Below, piece after piece: positions 13,430 to 26,595 of a DNA stretch of 64,000 nt. The position numbers and the translations under genes are program-made. The stretch is from Azolla caroliniana (Eukaryota; Plantae; Polypodiophyta). Position 1 is the first letter of the stretch, and every line of letters begins with the position of its first letter. The stretch lies in contig JBHGNT010000006.1 in NCBI GenBank assembly GCA_043228905.1, forward strand, positions 6,200,001-6,264,000, in the 5' to 3' direction. The notes under the pieces are model-generated. The model made no database searches and was not told where the DNA came from. It saw only the letters and a list, made by a program, of their open reading frames with translations.

Positions 13430-15539
13430 ATGGGCCTATGGCCTGAACCTGTGTAACATAAGGTCACGGGTTCAATTCCTTTTGGACGTTTATTTTCTTT
13501 CTTTCTTTCTTTCTTTCTTTCTGTGTTTGCCTAACACTCTCTTTTTTCGGCCAATACCTCCTCTTCGTTCTTTTCTCAAACTTGCAGGAGAAATTTATCC
13601 TTTCATGAAAACCAGGGTGAGGTGAAATCCATAGGGACACAATGTCTGGATTAGACTTATAATTTAGAGAATCTACAGAAGTATTCCATGTGTTTCAACC
13701 TCGTAACCTTACCATCTATATATAATATAATATATATATACATGGTCACGTCCCATGATATAATTATAAGTCAAACACGTTCTCCGCTGCAAAAATATCG
13801 ACTCTCGATGCAACATCCTGTAGAAGTCGTTTTCTTCTTCCACATGAATGCCGATGAATAAACATTTAATAGATACGTAGCAAATTAGCTTCTAACTTGA
13901 CCGAACATTAAATGTCATACTCTAATTTGATCCATGGTTTTACTAACAAAACACTTTTTTGCATTGTCCCATTAGGTTTAATCTTTAACTTCACATGATT
14001 AGCATAATGATGTAGTTTCTATCATCCCAGTTTAGTAGTCTTCCCTACATAATATTAGCCTTACAATATAAGTAGAGAGCTGCCTTTAAAAACATTCGTA
14101 CTTTGTGCCCAACATTATTATTGTTAAGACTGAAATTCTTTAAATATATTGGGCAATGGGTGAGTGGGGATATTATACCACATAAGGGCGATGACCATGC
14201 ATGGCGCTCTCATTATATGTTTTCTTGATAATGTAGGAGATATGTATATCATGTGTTAATAAAGGAATGTGATTCTTAAAACTACTTGTTATATTAGTTA
14301 TAAATTATAATAAGACTAACTTCACCTTGAGCTTAGTGAGCCTTGCATAGAAAGATGGAGAAGCATGTGCCCTTGCAACAAATTGTGAGGAATTTTGTTA
14401 TGTTCCCACGTCGCATCATGGAGTGAGTTTTCTCGAGTAAAAGAAAGTGACATACAAGAGTTAGGAGGGTAAAATGAAAGAATTGAAATAAATTAGCCTT
14501 GGGAGTCTCAAAAGAAAATGCCTACCAACTCTTTGATTGTTTTTTACTCGTGCCCCTATGTTGAACATGCTTAATGGGTTCATAAGGGTTTCCAATCGTC
14601 AACCTTCATGCAAAGGCACTTACTTTGACATTCATTTTGTCGGGTGCAAATTATGCAAATATGATGCAACATGTAGTTCAAATATGGTACCCTTATCCAT
14701 ATATAAATTGCACTTAAACTCATGTGAACTTTGCCTAAGATGATAACTTCTTATAACACGTACATAGAAGACATTTTTAATTGAAACGAAGCTTAACATT
14801 GGAGATCTCTAAGTACTTCATGCAGTGACATTTGTTGTGTGTAGAATTAAATTGTACAAGAGGATCAAGCGCTAAGAAAATAAGTATGGGCCACACAATA
14901 AATGTGAACTTGAGGAGGAAAAGATAAGGATACATGCACTTATGAAATGAAGGGTTGAAACCCTGAACACTCCCATCAATGGCCCATGCATCAAAGAGAA
15001 CGCTCGTAAACCAAGTAAGAGGTCATAAACTCTTTGTTAAGGGCATGTCTCCAACGTATAATGAAAGGATAAAATTACATTATTTAATCTATGATGGCGA
15101 GGGAGAACGAGAGACTCATTTATGTGAGAATATGGGAGGCATTCGTAAGGTTTAGTAGGTTCACTTATTGAGTGAATGGAGTCCGTAAATGTAAGTAGAT
15201 CATTTAGAGGACATTCTCTTATTGGAACATCAAAAATAGTCTATGAAAAAGTGCAAGTTAGAACTTAGTATGGGATATAAAAAGACATGGATCCTAGAAT
15301 CTCCACAAATTTATGAAAATTGTGCTAGTGTAATGACTTTAATATGTAAAATTAAGCATTACACTAACTTTCATTTATCAAGTTAGTGTAATTAAATTTT
15401 ATATGTAAATTTAAGTATTACACTCACTTTAATATGTAAATTTAGGCAAATCCAGTGATAACACTTTTGACATTTATGACCCAAACAACCAGAAGATTGG
15501 CTGGATGCATGTTGTCTCAAACCTCAAAGCAGAGAGATC

Positions 15540-16700
15540 ATTAAAATAAAATAACAAAAACACTACGACACAACTCATTAGGAGGAAGGTGGAGGTACAA
15601 AAATGAAAATTTGGGGGAGAAATTGAGCCCTTAGAGAGGAATTGACAATCTCTAAAATGTTTGAAGCAAATGTGTAGACCATTACTTCACCCAATTATAT
15701 GATTTTGATGGAGAAATTGTTTGTCTTTTTGGGAAAAAATCAAGTGAGAATGATGAAAGAATCAACATAGAGAGAATCACTAGGACCAAAACGAGTTGGC
15801 AAATCGCATATAAATAAATAGGAACACACAATGAAGTGAAATATGTTAAGTCAAAACATATTATAAAGTGGCAAACTGAGCCAAGAAAAGGGCACTACAT
15901 TACTTGCCTACGACATTGACAAGGATATAGATGATGGAGGGACTGAGTGTTGGAAAAACGATTGAATACATTAATGGGATTACCATGAACTATCAAAAGA
16001 CAACATTTTGTTTGCACATAGTAAAAGTTAGTAAAACTTGTGCTTAGGAGAACCTGGATGACCATGCCTCCACATTTGCAACTTGTCATAACCTTAGATG
16101 GATAAGATGATGAGGTCATATGACCAATTTGGCCTAAAACACTTTGCAAAATTCTAGATGTTGTAAATGAAATTCTTGAATGGTTCCCACAAGGAATATG
16201 ACTCGTGCAAACTAGTGATGAAATTCTACAAATCAAAACAATAGGTTGGTGAGTCAATGCCATCCATCGTTCATGGCATGTACCCCATGAGGAAGGAACA
16301 TAAATAATGTGTTTCGGAACTAAATCCTTTCTATTTTGTGGAAAAACTAGTCTTCAACCAATTTTGAAGTAGTTTCATTGGAGGACATGATTAATGTTTT
16401 TGCATTGCATGTCCTTACGTTCACAGTGGATACTTGACAAGGATGGATGAGGAGACTTAATTTCGACATAACATGAATTGCACAATATGCTTCAATGTTG
16501 GATATTCGTCTAGAAATATGAGCTGAATAAATAATGTCATTTGATTTTCTAAATGAAGAAGTATAATACAAAAAATTATGGATATAGTGTGACAAGGATG
16601 GCTTACTTGCTTGCTTTTTCACAACCTTAAAGGAGTGCGTAAATGGAAGATGGTATATATGTCTCATTTTTAAGGCTGTATTATAGAATCTATTCAAAGG
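15540..16700 (+). mobile_element. Possible highly decayed LTR-retrotransposon (copia-like) gag/pol remnant
   Basis: Only vestigial resemblance (TECWK-like zinc-knuckle end near 15941, protease-like W-x-V segment near 16245); many stops. Confidence 0.25.
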
Positions 16701-18036
16701 TTGTAGAGTCTAAGAATTATGTGATTGTGAACTCCAAAGAGGTTGGATGTATAGTTCATGTATTGTGTATTTGTGATCAATAGAGGTTTCCCTCCCCACT
16801 TGACGAGAAGCGAACCATTGTTATGTATTTATAGGGCATCAATTCATTGTTTTCATTGTTATGTTTTCATCTCTCTCCTCTCCACAACCTTAAGTATTTA
16901 TTGTAGTCTCTCATCTCTAAACCTTAACTATTTACCATCATATCTTCTCTACGTCTTATCTCATTTTACTCTACTCATCCACGAATATGATATCCTCGCA
17001 TCTATAGTGCACCTCTTATCATTGTACTTGGATTTGTGCCATTCTTTTGCCAAAGTGCTCCCCCATCATCCTCATTCAATTTGATCACTTATCCCCACCC
17101 TCGTAATCGTTGAGATAACAAGCTCAACCCTTCACATTGTTTGTGAATACACATATGGTGTACATGTTTGCATTAAATGTCACCTCCTTGGTCATACCTT
17201 CAATCCTAAAAATGTAAAACACCCTTGTCATATATATTCAATCTAAAGATAATCTCATATCCCACCCACTCGTGTCATGGTAAGTAGTGAGAGAAGTAGT
17301 CAAATTTGTAGTAAGAATGTATAGGTCAATGAACATAGTGTTAGCTTCATTGTGGTCTACCTCGCACTCATTCAACAACGCAAGGTGGGTATTTAAGTTT
17401 ATATATGGCATCAAAATGCCTAAACTATAAATGCATATAAGATGAATATCCTTTAATTATTACATGCTCGAGATTATAGCACAATTCATGAAAGACACCA
17501 CCCAAAAACTTTGAGCTTAGATGCATAATGCATATGCCTTTTCACATAATAGAGACTTTTTGCTTCAAAGTATGAATAATATCCCTTTTCAGAAATGATG
17601 CATACACTAAGTGACTTGTGTACCCATACCCCATGGATCAATATTAGCCTATTTATGGACGCTAAAAAAATTAAATTTGCAATTGATCTCTCCATCACCC
17701 CCCATGCACCTCTCTCTCTATTACACATACACACACATCTCTATATTTTTGTTATACAAGGATTACCAATCCAATTTTCCAATACTTGAGATGGTATCAA
17801 CAGATAGGATTATTCACCAACATAGCATGTTTGTTGCATGTGTATTGTCATTGTGTTGTAGTTCAAGTAGGATTGACTCATATGTGTCAACATGGTCAAT
17901 TGCTACCATTGTATTGTGAAAAGATGAATCCACAAATGGATAGTTCTCTCCTAATGAGAAGATTGATAGAACCAACCGTTGCAAGTTTATGTGCGAGGTC
18001 ACACTATTCATGGTCGAAGAAGGGTATTAATGTCTC

Positions 18037-18074
<38 letters not shown>

Positions 18075-18075
<1 letters not shown>

Positions 18076-18820
18076 CAAGGTATTACCCCCCAAATTCCTT
18101 GCAAACTTATGGGTTATCTTATGGGCAAGAAAACAACCACACCAAATATTGCATGTACAATGGTTACTTGTACACCGAGCCTTGCCGGTTGGCACATGGT
18201 TGCATAGGATGGGAGTATCTTCTGGTGGTGCTCGATGCCATTTACAAACGGAAACTCAAAAACATTGTTTATGGGAATGCAATGAGTCTCAACCGATTTG
18301 GCAACGTCTCCTTAGTTTTATTCGGGGCATGATGGTTTGGACATCACTTATCTGATGCGTTCCATTATGACACCGAATCTACGGAGCATGGATTTTACAC
18401 TAAATCTGGAAGTGTTCATACATTACCATTGTTGTCATTACAATTTTTAGGAATATGGAAGGAAGTCCAACCAGTATGGGAGATATTGAGTACTACCATT
18501 ATATATCACATTTGGAAGGCTCGATGCTCTCTCGTTTTCAATCGTTTTCTGAATTGGTTTCAAATATTTGGTTAGACATAGTTCATACTTTGAAGGGTCA
18601 ATGAGATGGTGTAGTTGGAGATTCTGATGCTAAAATTGCTCAACAACATGAGTGTCTTATCGTCTGGAGAACTACTCCATTCATGACATCCAATTGCAAC
18701 ACTCCTTATTGGCATTTTCAGCCTCCAAACTGGTTGTTTCCCCCGTTGATAACATAGAATTTAAAATCTTGTAAAATGTTTACACTAATGACATAATATC
18801 TTCTTTTAAAATAAAAATAT
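18075..18820 (+). mobile_element. 3' fragment of an L1-like LINE ORF2 (zf-RVT zinc-binding region), degenerate
   Basis: Translation WLLVHRALPVGTWLHRMG...RCH...ETQKHCLWECNESQPIWQ fits the post-RT Cys/His domain of plant LINEs. It starts right after a (CA)n tract; A-rich end near 18810. Confidence 0.7.
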
Positions 18821-19321
18821 CATGCACACGTGCATGCATACGTACATATGTTAATAATTAGGTAATTAACTTAAGGTTAATTAATGTCTAATTATGTGAG
18901 TAGTTAAACACGTACGTGATTAATTAGTAGAAGATTATGTGATGTGAGTGTGTATGTGTGTGAGAGAAAGAGAGAGAGGAAGTTACACTTATGAACAATA
19001 AGATAAATGGGGGATGATTAACAAGAGTGTAGCTAGACAACCATTCTCTATATTAATAAGCATCAAGTTACAAAAATACCCACAATGAGGTATATATAGA
19101 TCTTGTGTGCAAGAGTGTACATGTGTGAGGAGAATATAGGTACAAGGATATAAGTCCTATATTAAATGTACTTGGAAGTGGAGGATCTGAAATGTATCCC
19201 ACTTAAGTACAAGGTCCTATTTAAGGGTTTAAGGTCAACACACTAACTAGATTCTATCTAGGTAACTACTAAGTTACGTGGTTGAGTAAATGACTAAACT
19301 TAGTTGAGCTTGATATCTCAA

Positions 19322-19500
19322 CAACATACACACATGTATATATCCATACACCGATACACACACACACACAGATACATGCCATGCATGCATACACACATGT
19401 ACACACATGCAAACATACATACAAACATGTACATACATACCTACATACATACATACATACATACTTACACTCATATGTACATACACACACATGCATGCAA
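19322..19500. repeat. Compound (CA)n/(CATA)n low-complexity tract
   Basis: Visible ACAC/ACAT/CATA runs; source of several spurious ORFs. Confidence 0.85.
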
Positions 19501-19626
19501 CATTCTCATCATCATTTGCCGTGTTGAGAACCACTATCCTTACCAAAAAACAATCACCATCATTCTTCGACCTTAATCAATGTTGGTATGCAATGACAAT
19601 CATGTTATCATAAAGAACTTGATCTT

Positions 19627-22600
19627 TGTAAACGTAAGTGTTTGCGGAAGCGTAAAACAGAGAGCAACACACAGAGAGACAGAGAAAGCAGAACGTAATT
19701 TCAAAATTATATCCAGACTCCGTATATACATTGTGCTAAGTAGCACTATTTATACAAGTCCTCTTGGGACTGACAGAAGTACCATGTACTTCAATGCTCA
19801 CACGAGCATCTGACACTTACTACGAGACTATAGCTACCTAGTAGTCTATCCTGTACTAGGCTTCCGATTGGACTGCCGGTTACGGATTGCACCCGGCCTC
19901 CACTGCTTGCCGGTTCGGTTGCTCACCGTCATACCGATCCGTTTCGCCCGATCCGTCTCGCTTACCGGCTCCGGCTTATTCAGCCGATCCGGCTCTGGTT
20001 GAGCTTGCTGCTCAACACTCCCCCTCAAGCTCAACCTGAGGTGGGGTCGTAGTGTCGACCTCTGTGGCAATCGGTTCTTCCAACCGACTTCTCCTGGCAT
20101 CACTCCACCTTGCTCGCGCTCCTCGTCCGGTCCGGTTCCGTTTGCCGCGACCCCTTTGGTTTTGCGCGCCTCGACCCTCTCGGTTGGCATGTTTGCTCAA
20201 TAGGCCCATCTCAGCACTCACGTTGCTGTGACTCCGGCGCTTGCCGATCCGTCGGTTCTCCCACGATGGCATCGACTTCCGCTGTGTCCGTGTCCCCTTG
20301 GCCTTCAGTTGATCCGACTCATCCGGATCCATCTGTTGATCCGAGTCAGCTATCTCTGACTCGTTCCAACTCTTGTCTGAATCGGTACACTCCGATTCGA
20401 CTTCCGGCTTCAAGCCTTTGCCCGTTTCGGTAGAGACTTTGCCCTTGCTTCTCCCCCTCAAGTGCGGCACGTCGAGATGCTGAATACCAAGCATGTCGGT
20501 AAAGTGCTGCAACTTGTCCGATCCGAGCGGCTTGGTGAAGATGTCGGCAACTTGCCGATCCGTATGAACATACCGTAGGTCAACTTCACCGCTCAGGACC
20601 CGCTCACGCACGAAGTGGTAGTGCACCTCGATGTGCTTTGTGCGAGCATAGAACACAGGGTTCTTGGCGAGCTGCAGACTGCTCATGTTATCGCAGTAAA
20701 TCGGGATTGGGGTCGGTACCTCGATCCGCAAGTCTCGCAGCAGTTGCCGAAGCCAGATGGCTTCACAAGTGGCAACGGTAGCGGCCCGGTACTCAGCCTC
20801 AGTGCTTGACGAAGCCAGTGTGGGCTGCTTCTTGCTGCTCCACGCAACGGCCGCGCTACCTATTGAGAACATGTATCCGGAAGTGGAGCGGCGATCAGAC
20901 GCATCGCCGGCCTAGTCAGCATTTGTGTAACCCACAAGCTCTTTGGGTATACCTCGCCGATATAGTAGACCCCGGTCCTTAGTGCCGCTGACATACCGTA
21001 ATATTCGTTGCGCGCACTGAAGGTGCTCCACGGTCGGCTTCTGCATGAACTGACCAGATAACTGATGTCGGGTCGGGTGATGGTCAAGTAGATCAGGCTT
21101 CCGACAACCTGTCGGAACCGTTTCTCATTGCAGGCCGGTCCGGAGTGGGGATGGAGCTTCTGGTTCCGGTCCAGGGGTGTGGAGACAGGTCGGCAATCCG
21201 TCATGCCAAACTTATACAACATATTCAAGACGTAATGTCGTTGTGAGAGCAATATGCCGTCGGGGGTCCGGATCACTTCGATCCCAAGAAAATAATGAAG
21301 GTCCCCCAGGTCCTTCATTTCAAATGCGTCCGACAACTAGGACTTGACGCGGTTGATTTCGGGAAGACCCGGTCCGGTGATGACTAAATCATCCACATAC
21401 AAGAGTATACATACCGGACCGTCAGAGCCTTGCCGGATGAACAACGAAGAGTCCGACTTAGAGACATCAAACCCCAGCTTACGCAACCGGTGCGTGATCT
21501 TCGCGTTCCAGGCTCGGGGGGCTTGCTTCAAGCCGTAAAGCGACTTCTTCAGTCGGCATACCGCCGACTTGTTCATCTCCGATTGAAATCTGGGGGGCTG
21601 AGTAATAAAGACTTCTTCTTCAAGCTCTCCTTGAAGGAAGGCGTTCTTCACATCCATCTTGTGAAGATGCCACCCCCTTGCCGCAACAACCGCCAGTACC
21701 ACACGAACCATCGTCATCTTCGCCAGAGGAGCGAAGGTCTCGTCGTAGTCGATTCCGTGGGTCTGCGCGTATCCCTTCGCCACTAACCGGGCTTTGTATC
21801 GGTTAACAGAACCGTCGGCGTTGTACTTGACCTTGTACACCCACTTGCATCCGATCGGTTTACAATGACGGGGAGGATCAACTAGGTCCCAAGTTTCGTT
21901 GGCATCGAGTGCCCGCATTTCTTCGTCCATAGCGGCACGCCAATTTGCGTCCTTTGCCGCTTCTGCGTAGCTCTCCGGCTCACGCACTTCTGTCACCTTA
22001 GTCATGTACGCATAATGATGCGCCATGTATTCATTGTACCCGTACCGCATGACGGGATCCTTCTGACGGGTTGATCGGCGCAACACACCGTCACCTGATT
22101 TGAGGCCCTTCTTGGCCAGTTCGGTCTTCGTTGCCGAAGATCTGCCTTTCTCCTTTCCGGAGTCGGATACGCACCGATCTGACTCATCGTTGCCGGTTTC
22201 GAATTCCGGCATCTTCCTCTTCCCCTTCTCTTTGTGCGTGAACCGTTTCCTCGGTTCCTTGCGCGGGGAGAGCACGACAGAGTCTCCACCACTTGCCGTC
22301 TCTTCATCCGACTGGTCCAACCGACTCAGTCGCTCGTTCGGTCCACTCAACCGTAACGATTCCGGACTCTCATCTTGAGTCCCGGCTTCATCATCCTCTG
22401 CCAGGGCTGATTCAAGCTCACTGGCCTGATCTTCCGACAGTGGGTCGGGATCGGAAGTCGGAGTCGATACGGAGTACCAGGATGCCGATTCATTGAACTC
22501 GACATCCCGGCTAACTCGGACTTCCTTCGTCCGGGGGTTATAGCACTTATACCCCTTTCGCTCTTGAGCATAGCCGACTAGGATGCATTTTTCCGATTTT

Positions 22601-25232
22601 GCATCCAGCTTTCTCCGCTTCTGATCCGGCACATGCACATACGCTATGCTGCCGAATATCCGAAGGTGTCTTAAGTTCGGCTTGTGCCCGAAATACAACT
22701 CATGAGCTGACACCTTGTCACCAATGCGGTTTTGTATGTAGACGGCCGTCTGAACCACCTCCGCCCAGTAGAACCGGGGCATGCTCTTTTCCTCCAGCAT
22801 TGCCCTTGCCGCTTCGACGAGTGTCTGGTTCTTCCTTTCGGCCACACCGTTTTGCTCCGGTGTGTATCTGCAGCTGAACTCTCGCCGAATTCCCTTATGC
22901 TGCAGATAACTAGTGAATTGGCCGGAAAAATATTCCTTTCCGCCATCCGACCGAAGGCATTTGATCTTCCTCTCCGATTCCCGTTCCACCATCTTCTGGA
23001 GGCTCCGGAAACAGTCGAAGACTTCGCTCTTCCGCTCAATGAGGTAGATCCAAGTATGTCGAGTATAGTTGTCGATGAAGGAGACGAAGTATCGGCTCCC
23101 GCCAAGGCTTACACTTTGTGCCGGTCCCCACACATCCGAATGGATGAGATCGAGCTTGTTACGGCTCCGGTTCCGTTCGGTGGGGAATGGAAGTCGGTGT
23201 TGCTTCCCAAGTTGGCAGGCTTCACAAATTTCGGCTCTCCGGCCGCTGAACTTCGGCAAACCGAAAACGACTTGTTTCGTTTGCAGATCTTGAAGCCTCC
23301 GGTAGTTGACGTGGCCTATCCGCTTGTGCCACAGGTCGATGTCCGACTCGACCTTCTGTCGTTTCGCGAACAGAGCGGTGCCAAAGTCATTGGTGTGGAG
23401 GATAAACATCCTCCCGTCTCTGCGCCCTTGCGCAATGACTTCGCCCTCATCCTCAATGAAGCACCCGAGGTGCGTAAACCGCACCTGCATCCCCTGGTCG
23501 ACAATTTGACCGACGGACACGAGGTTCTTCGTGATTGTCGGAACGTGTAATACGTTCATCAGCTTCCCTTTCTGTCCGACGTGGCTTAGAGGGACTTCTC
23601 CGACGTGCACGATTGGGTGAGGAGTGTCGTCTCCGGTTTCGACTACTCCTGGTTGATCCGGTTTCTCCAGAAAGGAGAACCACTCTTTGTGGCTCATCAT
23701 GTGGTTCGACGCACCGGAATCAACATACCACACTTCCTCCGTTTTGGAAGTGGTCTTCTTCATTGAGTTTGCCTTGTGATTCATCACCAAGGCTGACCCC
23801 TTACCGGCCTTTCCGATTCCGGATCCTCCTGATCCGTTTGCTTAGTGCAAGTTTTGCCGGCCATCCTTACCGGTCTTGCCGGATCCGGATTTGTCCGAAT
23901 CGGCACGCTTTCTCCAGCACTCGCTTTCCCTATGGCCTTTTTTGCCACAGTACCAGCATTCCGTAGCAGATTTGTCTTGCCGGCCTCCGGCACCGCCTTG
24001 ACTCCCCCTGCTTGTGGAAGTCCCGGAACTGCTGTCGGCACGCTCATAGTGCCTCCATTCCTGCTCTTGCCGGACGCCTCCATTACGTGCCGACCCACCT
24101 CTTCCACCACGCCCACGGAACAGATCCGTTCCCGTGTACAACATTCGGCTGTCCGGGGATGCACTGGTAGATGCACCGGCGTGGTTCTCCTCTACAAGGA
24201 GCATCGACTGTAAGTTGAAGAATGAGGGGGTATTCTCCCTTGTACACACCGCAATCCGGAACGCTCCGAACTTGGACGCCAGGCCTCTGAGACATAACTG
24301 CACCATCTCGTCTTCCTCTATGGTAACATTGATAGAGGCGAGCGAGTCGCATATCTCCTTTATCCGGCCCGTGTAGTCTGCCACGGACATGTTCTTCTGT
24401 CGAACATTGCTCAACTCCTGTCTGAGTTGCAGCTTCCGGGCAGTGGTGCTTGCGGCGAAAACCTTTTTCAGGTTCCCCCAAGCATCCTTCTGTGTCTTAG
24501 CGTCACGGATGTGGCTGAGCAGCTGATCGCCGACACTGGACGCGAAGCATTACATCACCCTGCTTGCCGCCTGTTCCCATACCGGGAAGTCCTTGTGTGC
24601 AGAGTCTGGCGCCGCATCATTCGCTCCTTCGACATAACTCCAGTACCCGTGTCCAAGCAGGTACTGGTGCATCTTGTAAGACCAGGATGCGTAGTTGCTC
24701 CTGTCGAGCTTCTCCACCGGGAGCGACGTAGCCATGCCTCTATCCATGTCTTCTACTGTGTCTGTTTTCGACCTGTTAGGGTTTTCTTCTCAAGAGTAAA
24801 TGTCTGCAGCAGAGGTTCTCAACCCTCGCGCTCTGATACCATGTAAACGTAAGTGTTTGCGGAAGCGTAAAACAGAGAGCAACACACAGAGAGACAGAGA
24901 GAGCAGAACGTAATTTCAAAATTATATCTAGACTCCGTATATACATTGTGCTAAGTAGCACTATTTATACAAGTCCTCTTGGGACTGACAGAAGTACCTT
25001 GTACTTCAATGCTCACACGAGCATCTGACACTTACTACGAGACTATAGCTACCTAGTAGTCTATCCTGTACTAGGCTTCCGATTGGACTGCCGGTTACGG
25101 ATTGCACCCGGCCTCCAGTACTTGCCGGTTCGGTTGCTCACCGTCATACCGATCCGTTTCGCCCGATCCGTCTTGCTTACCGGCTCCGGCTTATTCAGCC
25201 GATCCGGCTCCGGTTGAGCTTGCCGCTCAACA
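19627..25232 (-). mobile_element. Full-length Ty1/copia LTR retrotransposon (copia-1)
   Basis: 391-bp TG...CA LTRs at 19627-20017 and 24842-25232 (~8 differences by eye); 5-bp TSD ATCTT; PBS TGGTATCAGAGC (tRNA-iMet) ending at 24841; PPT 20018-20029; order gag-PR-IN-RT-RH. Confidence 0.97.
20012..24747 (-). pseudogene. copia-1 gag-pol polyprotein broken by several stops and frameshifts
   Basis: Gag KLDRSNYASW and zinc knuckle CWYCGKKGHRESEC; PR WYVDSGASNHM; IN HKRIGH..CEAC, HSDVWGP, RSDGGKEY, EQNGVAER; RT LLYVDDL; RH SSTEAEY, CDN, TKHIEVHYH, ADIFTK; split over five ORFs. Confidence 0.93.
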
Positions 25233-26438
25233 ATCTTCGAAAGACAAATGTTCTACATATACTCGCATGACGATAATGGCTACGGAAGAGGAGAGAAGAT
25301 CGAGCAATAGAAGATATAATGACAAAAAAACAACATTCACATAATGTGGATAGGAAAGCGAGAGCATTAGAGGAAGAAGTGGATGATTAAATAATGAAGC
25401 AAAGAACCAAAATTTGGAATGGTTTTGCAATAAGATCAAGCACATCAATGTAGTGTCATAAGAAAAAGAGTGAAGATACCAACTATTGGCAATACACCAA
25501 CTACAATGCCAACTTTAAAAAACAATGCAGATGGAAAAATGTTTGTAATGAATTGTAGAATAAACATCAGGATAGTGAAGACTAGTAGATCTAACAAAGG
25601 GACATTTGACCAACCCCATCCATTAAAATACATTTGACAAATCCCACCAACTTGGCCATGTAGAGAAGACTAATAATTTGACTCATTCGAAGGCTACAAC
25701 AACCATTTTAAAAGAAATAGTTAGAGCAAATATTTGATCGTGCAAAAGGCCACTTGAAATCCATCGGGTTATTTTGATGATGAGTATAGTAGCCGACTCA
25801 ACAATCTAGAAAACATATAAGGGTTCAAAGATGATGCAAAAGTGTATTGGAAAATCAATCAACCTAGCATAGTTACACACAATGTGACATGGATCTCATT
25901 GATGACTTGCTCAACTAATATTGCACAAGACACATTCAACGTGACATGGTTTGATGCTCAACTAATATTGCACATTTGGCTCTCCATACACAAGCTCTTA
26001 AGTCTCTAGAATTGTCATGGTTTTCCTCGACCAATAATATCAATTACAAGTCATAAAACGATGGCAGTGCAACCATTATGATCGTGGGAATTCTAAGTGA
26101 ATCGAACCATCATGATGGGCCATTAGGTCATAGTTGCGCCATATCTTTATTGATGACATGGATATGGATAGAGGTAAGAGAATCATATAATGACTTGACA
26201 TCAAGGGTGTAATGTTGATAGACATACTCCCTTGTTTAATATATGTTTCATGATGTTGAGATCTTGCCATAGTTGGACCTTGTCAATGGTCATGTGGTAG
26301 ATCGCATCTTTTTCAAGTTGTTCCGCACGTCCTTTGGCTTCTTTGAATCTTGCACATAGTCAAGCACGTGGTTATATATCACTACATAATACATCACATG
26401 ATTAGCCCCTTGCTTCAAATTTGGGTAATTGACTAGGA

Positions 26439-26595
26439 GGTCATGGGTTCAACCGCTACATTCCACATTGGCATCTAGTGAATTAAAAACGGATATGTAT
26501 GAGGTTTGTGATAGAGAGGTGAGGGAATTGGGTTTCGAACCCAAAATATAGAGTTTGTAGTGTAACAACTTACCACCAAGCTAAGGTACTTGCAA
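26439..26595. mobile_element. Second copy of the tRNA-like element of the 3.4-4.8 kb array, with convergent Pol III-like heads
   Basis: GGTCATGGGTTCAACC.CTACATTCCACATTGGCATCTAGTGAA matches 3425-3470. On the minus strand: TAGCTTGGTGG (26583-26573) and GGTTCGAAACC (~26541-26531). Confidence 0.7.

Noticed and set aside
22732-23550. 272-aa plus-strand ORF
   Set aside because: Antisense shadow of the GC-rich copia integrase.
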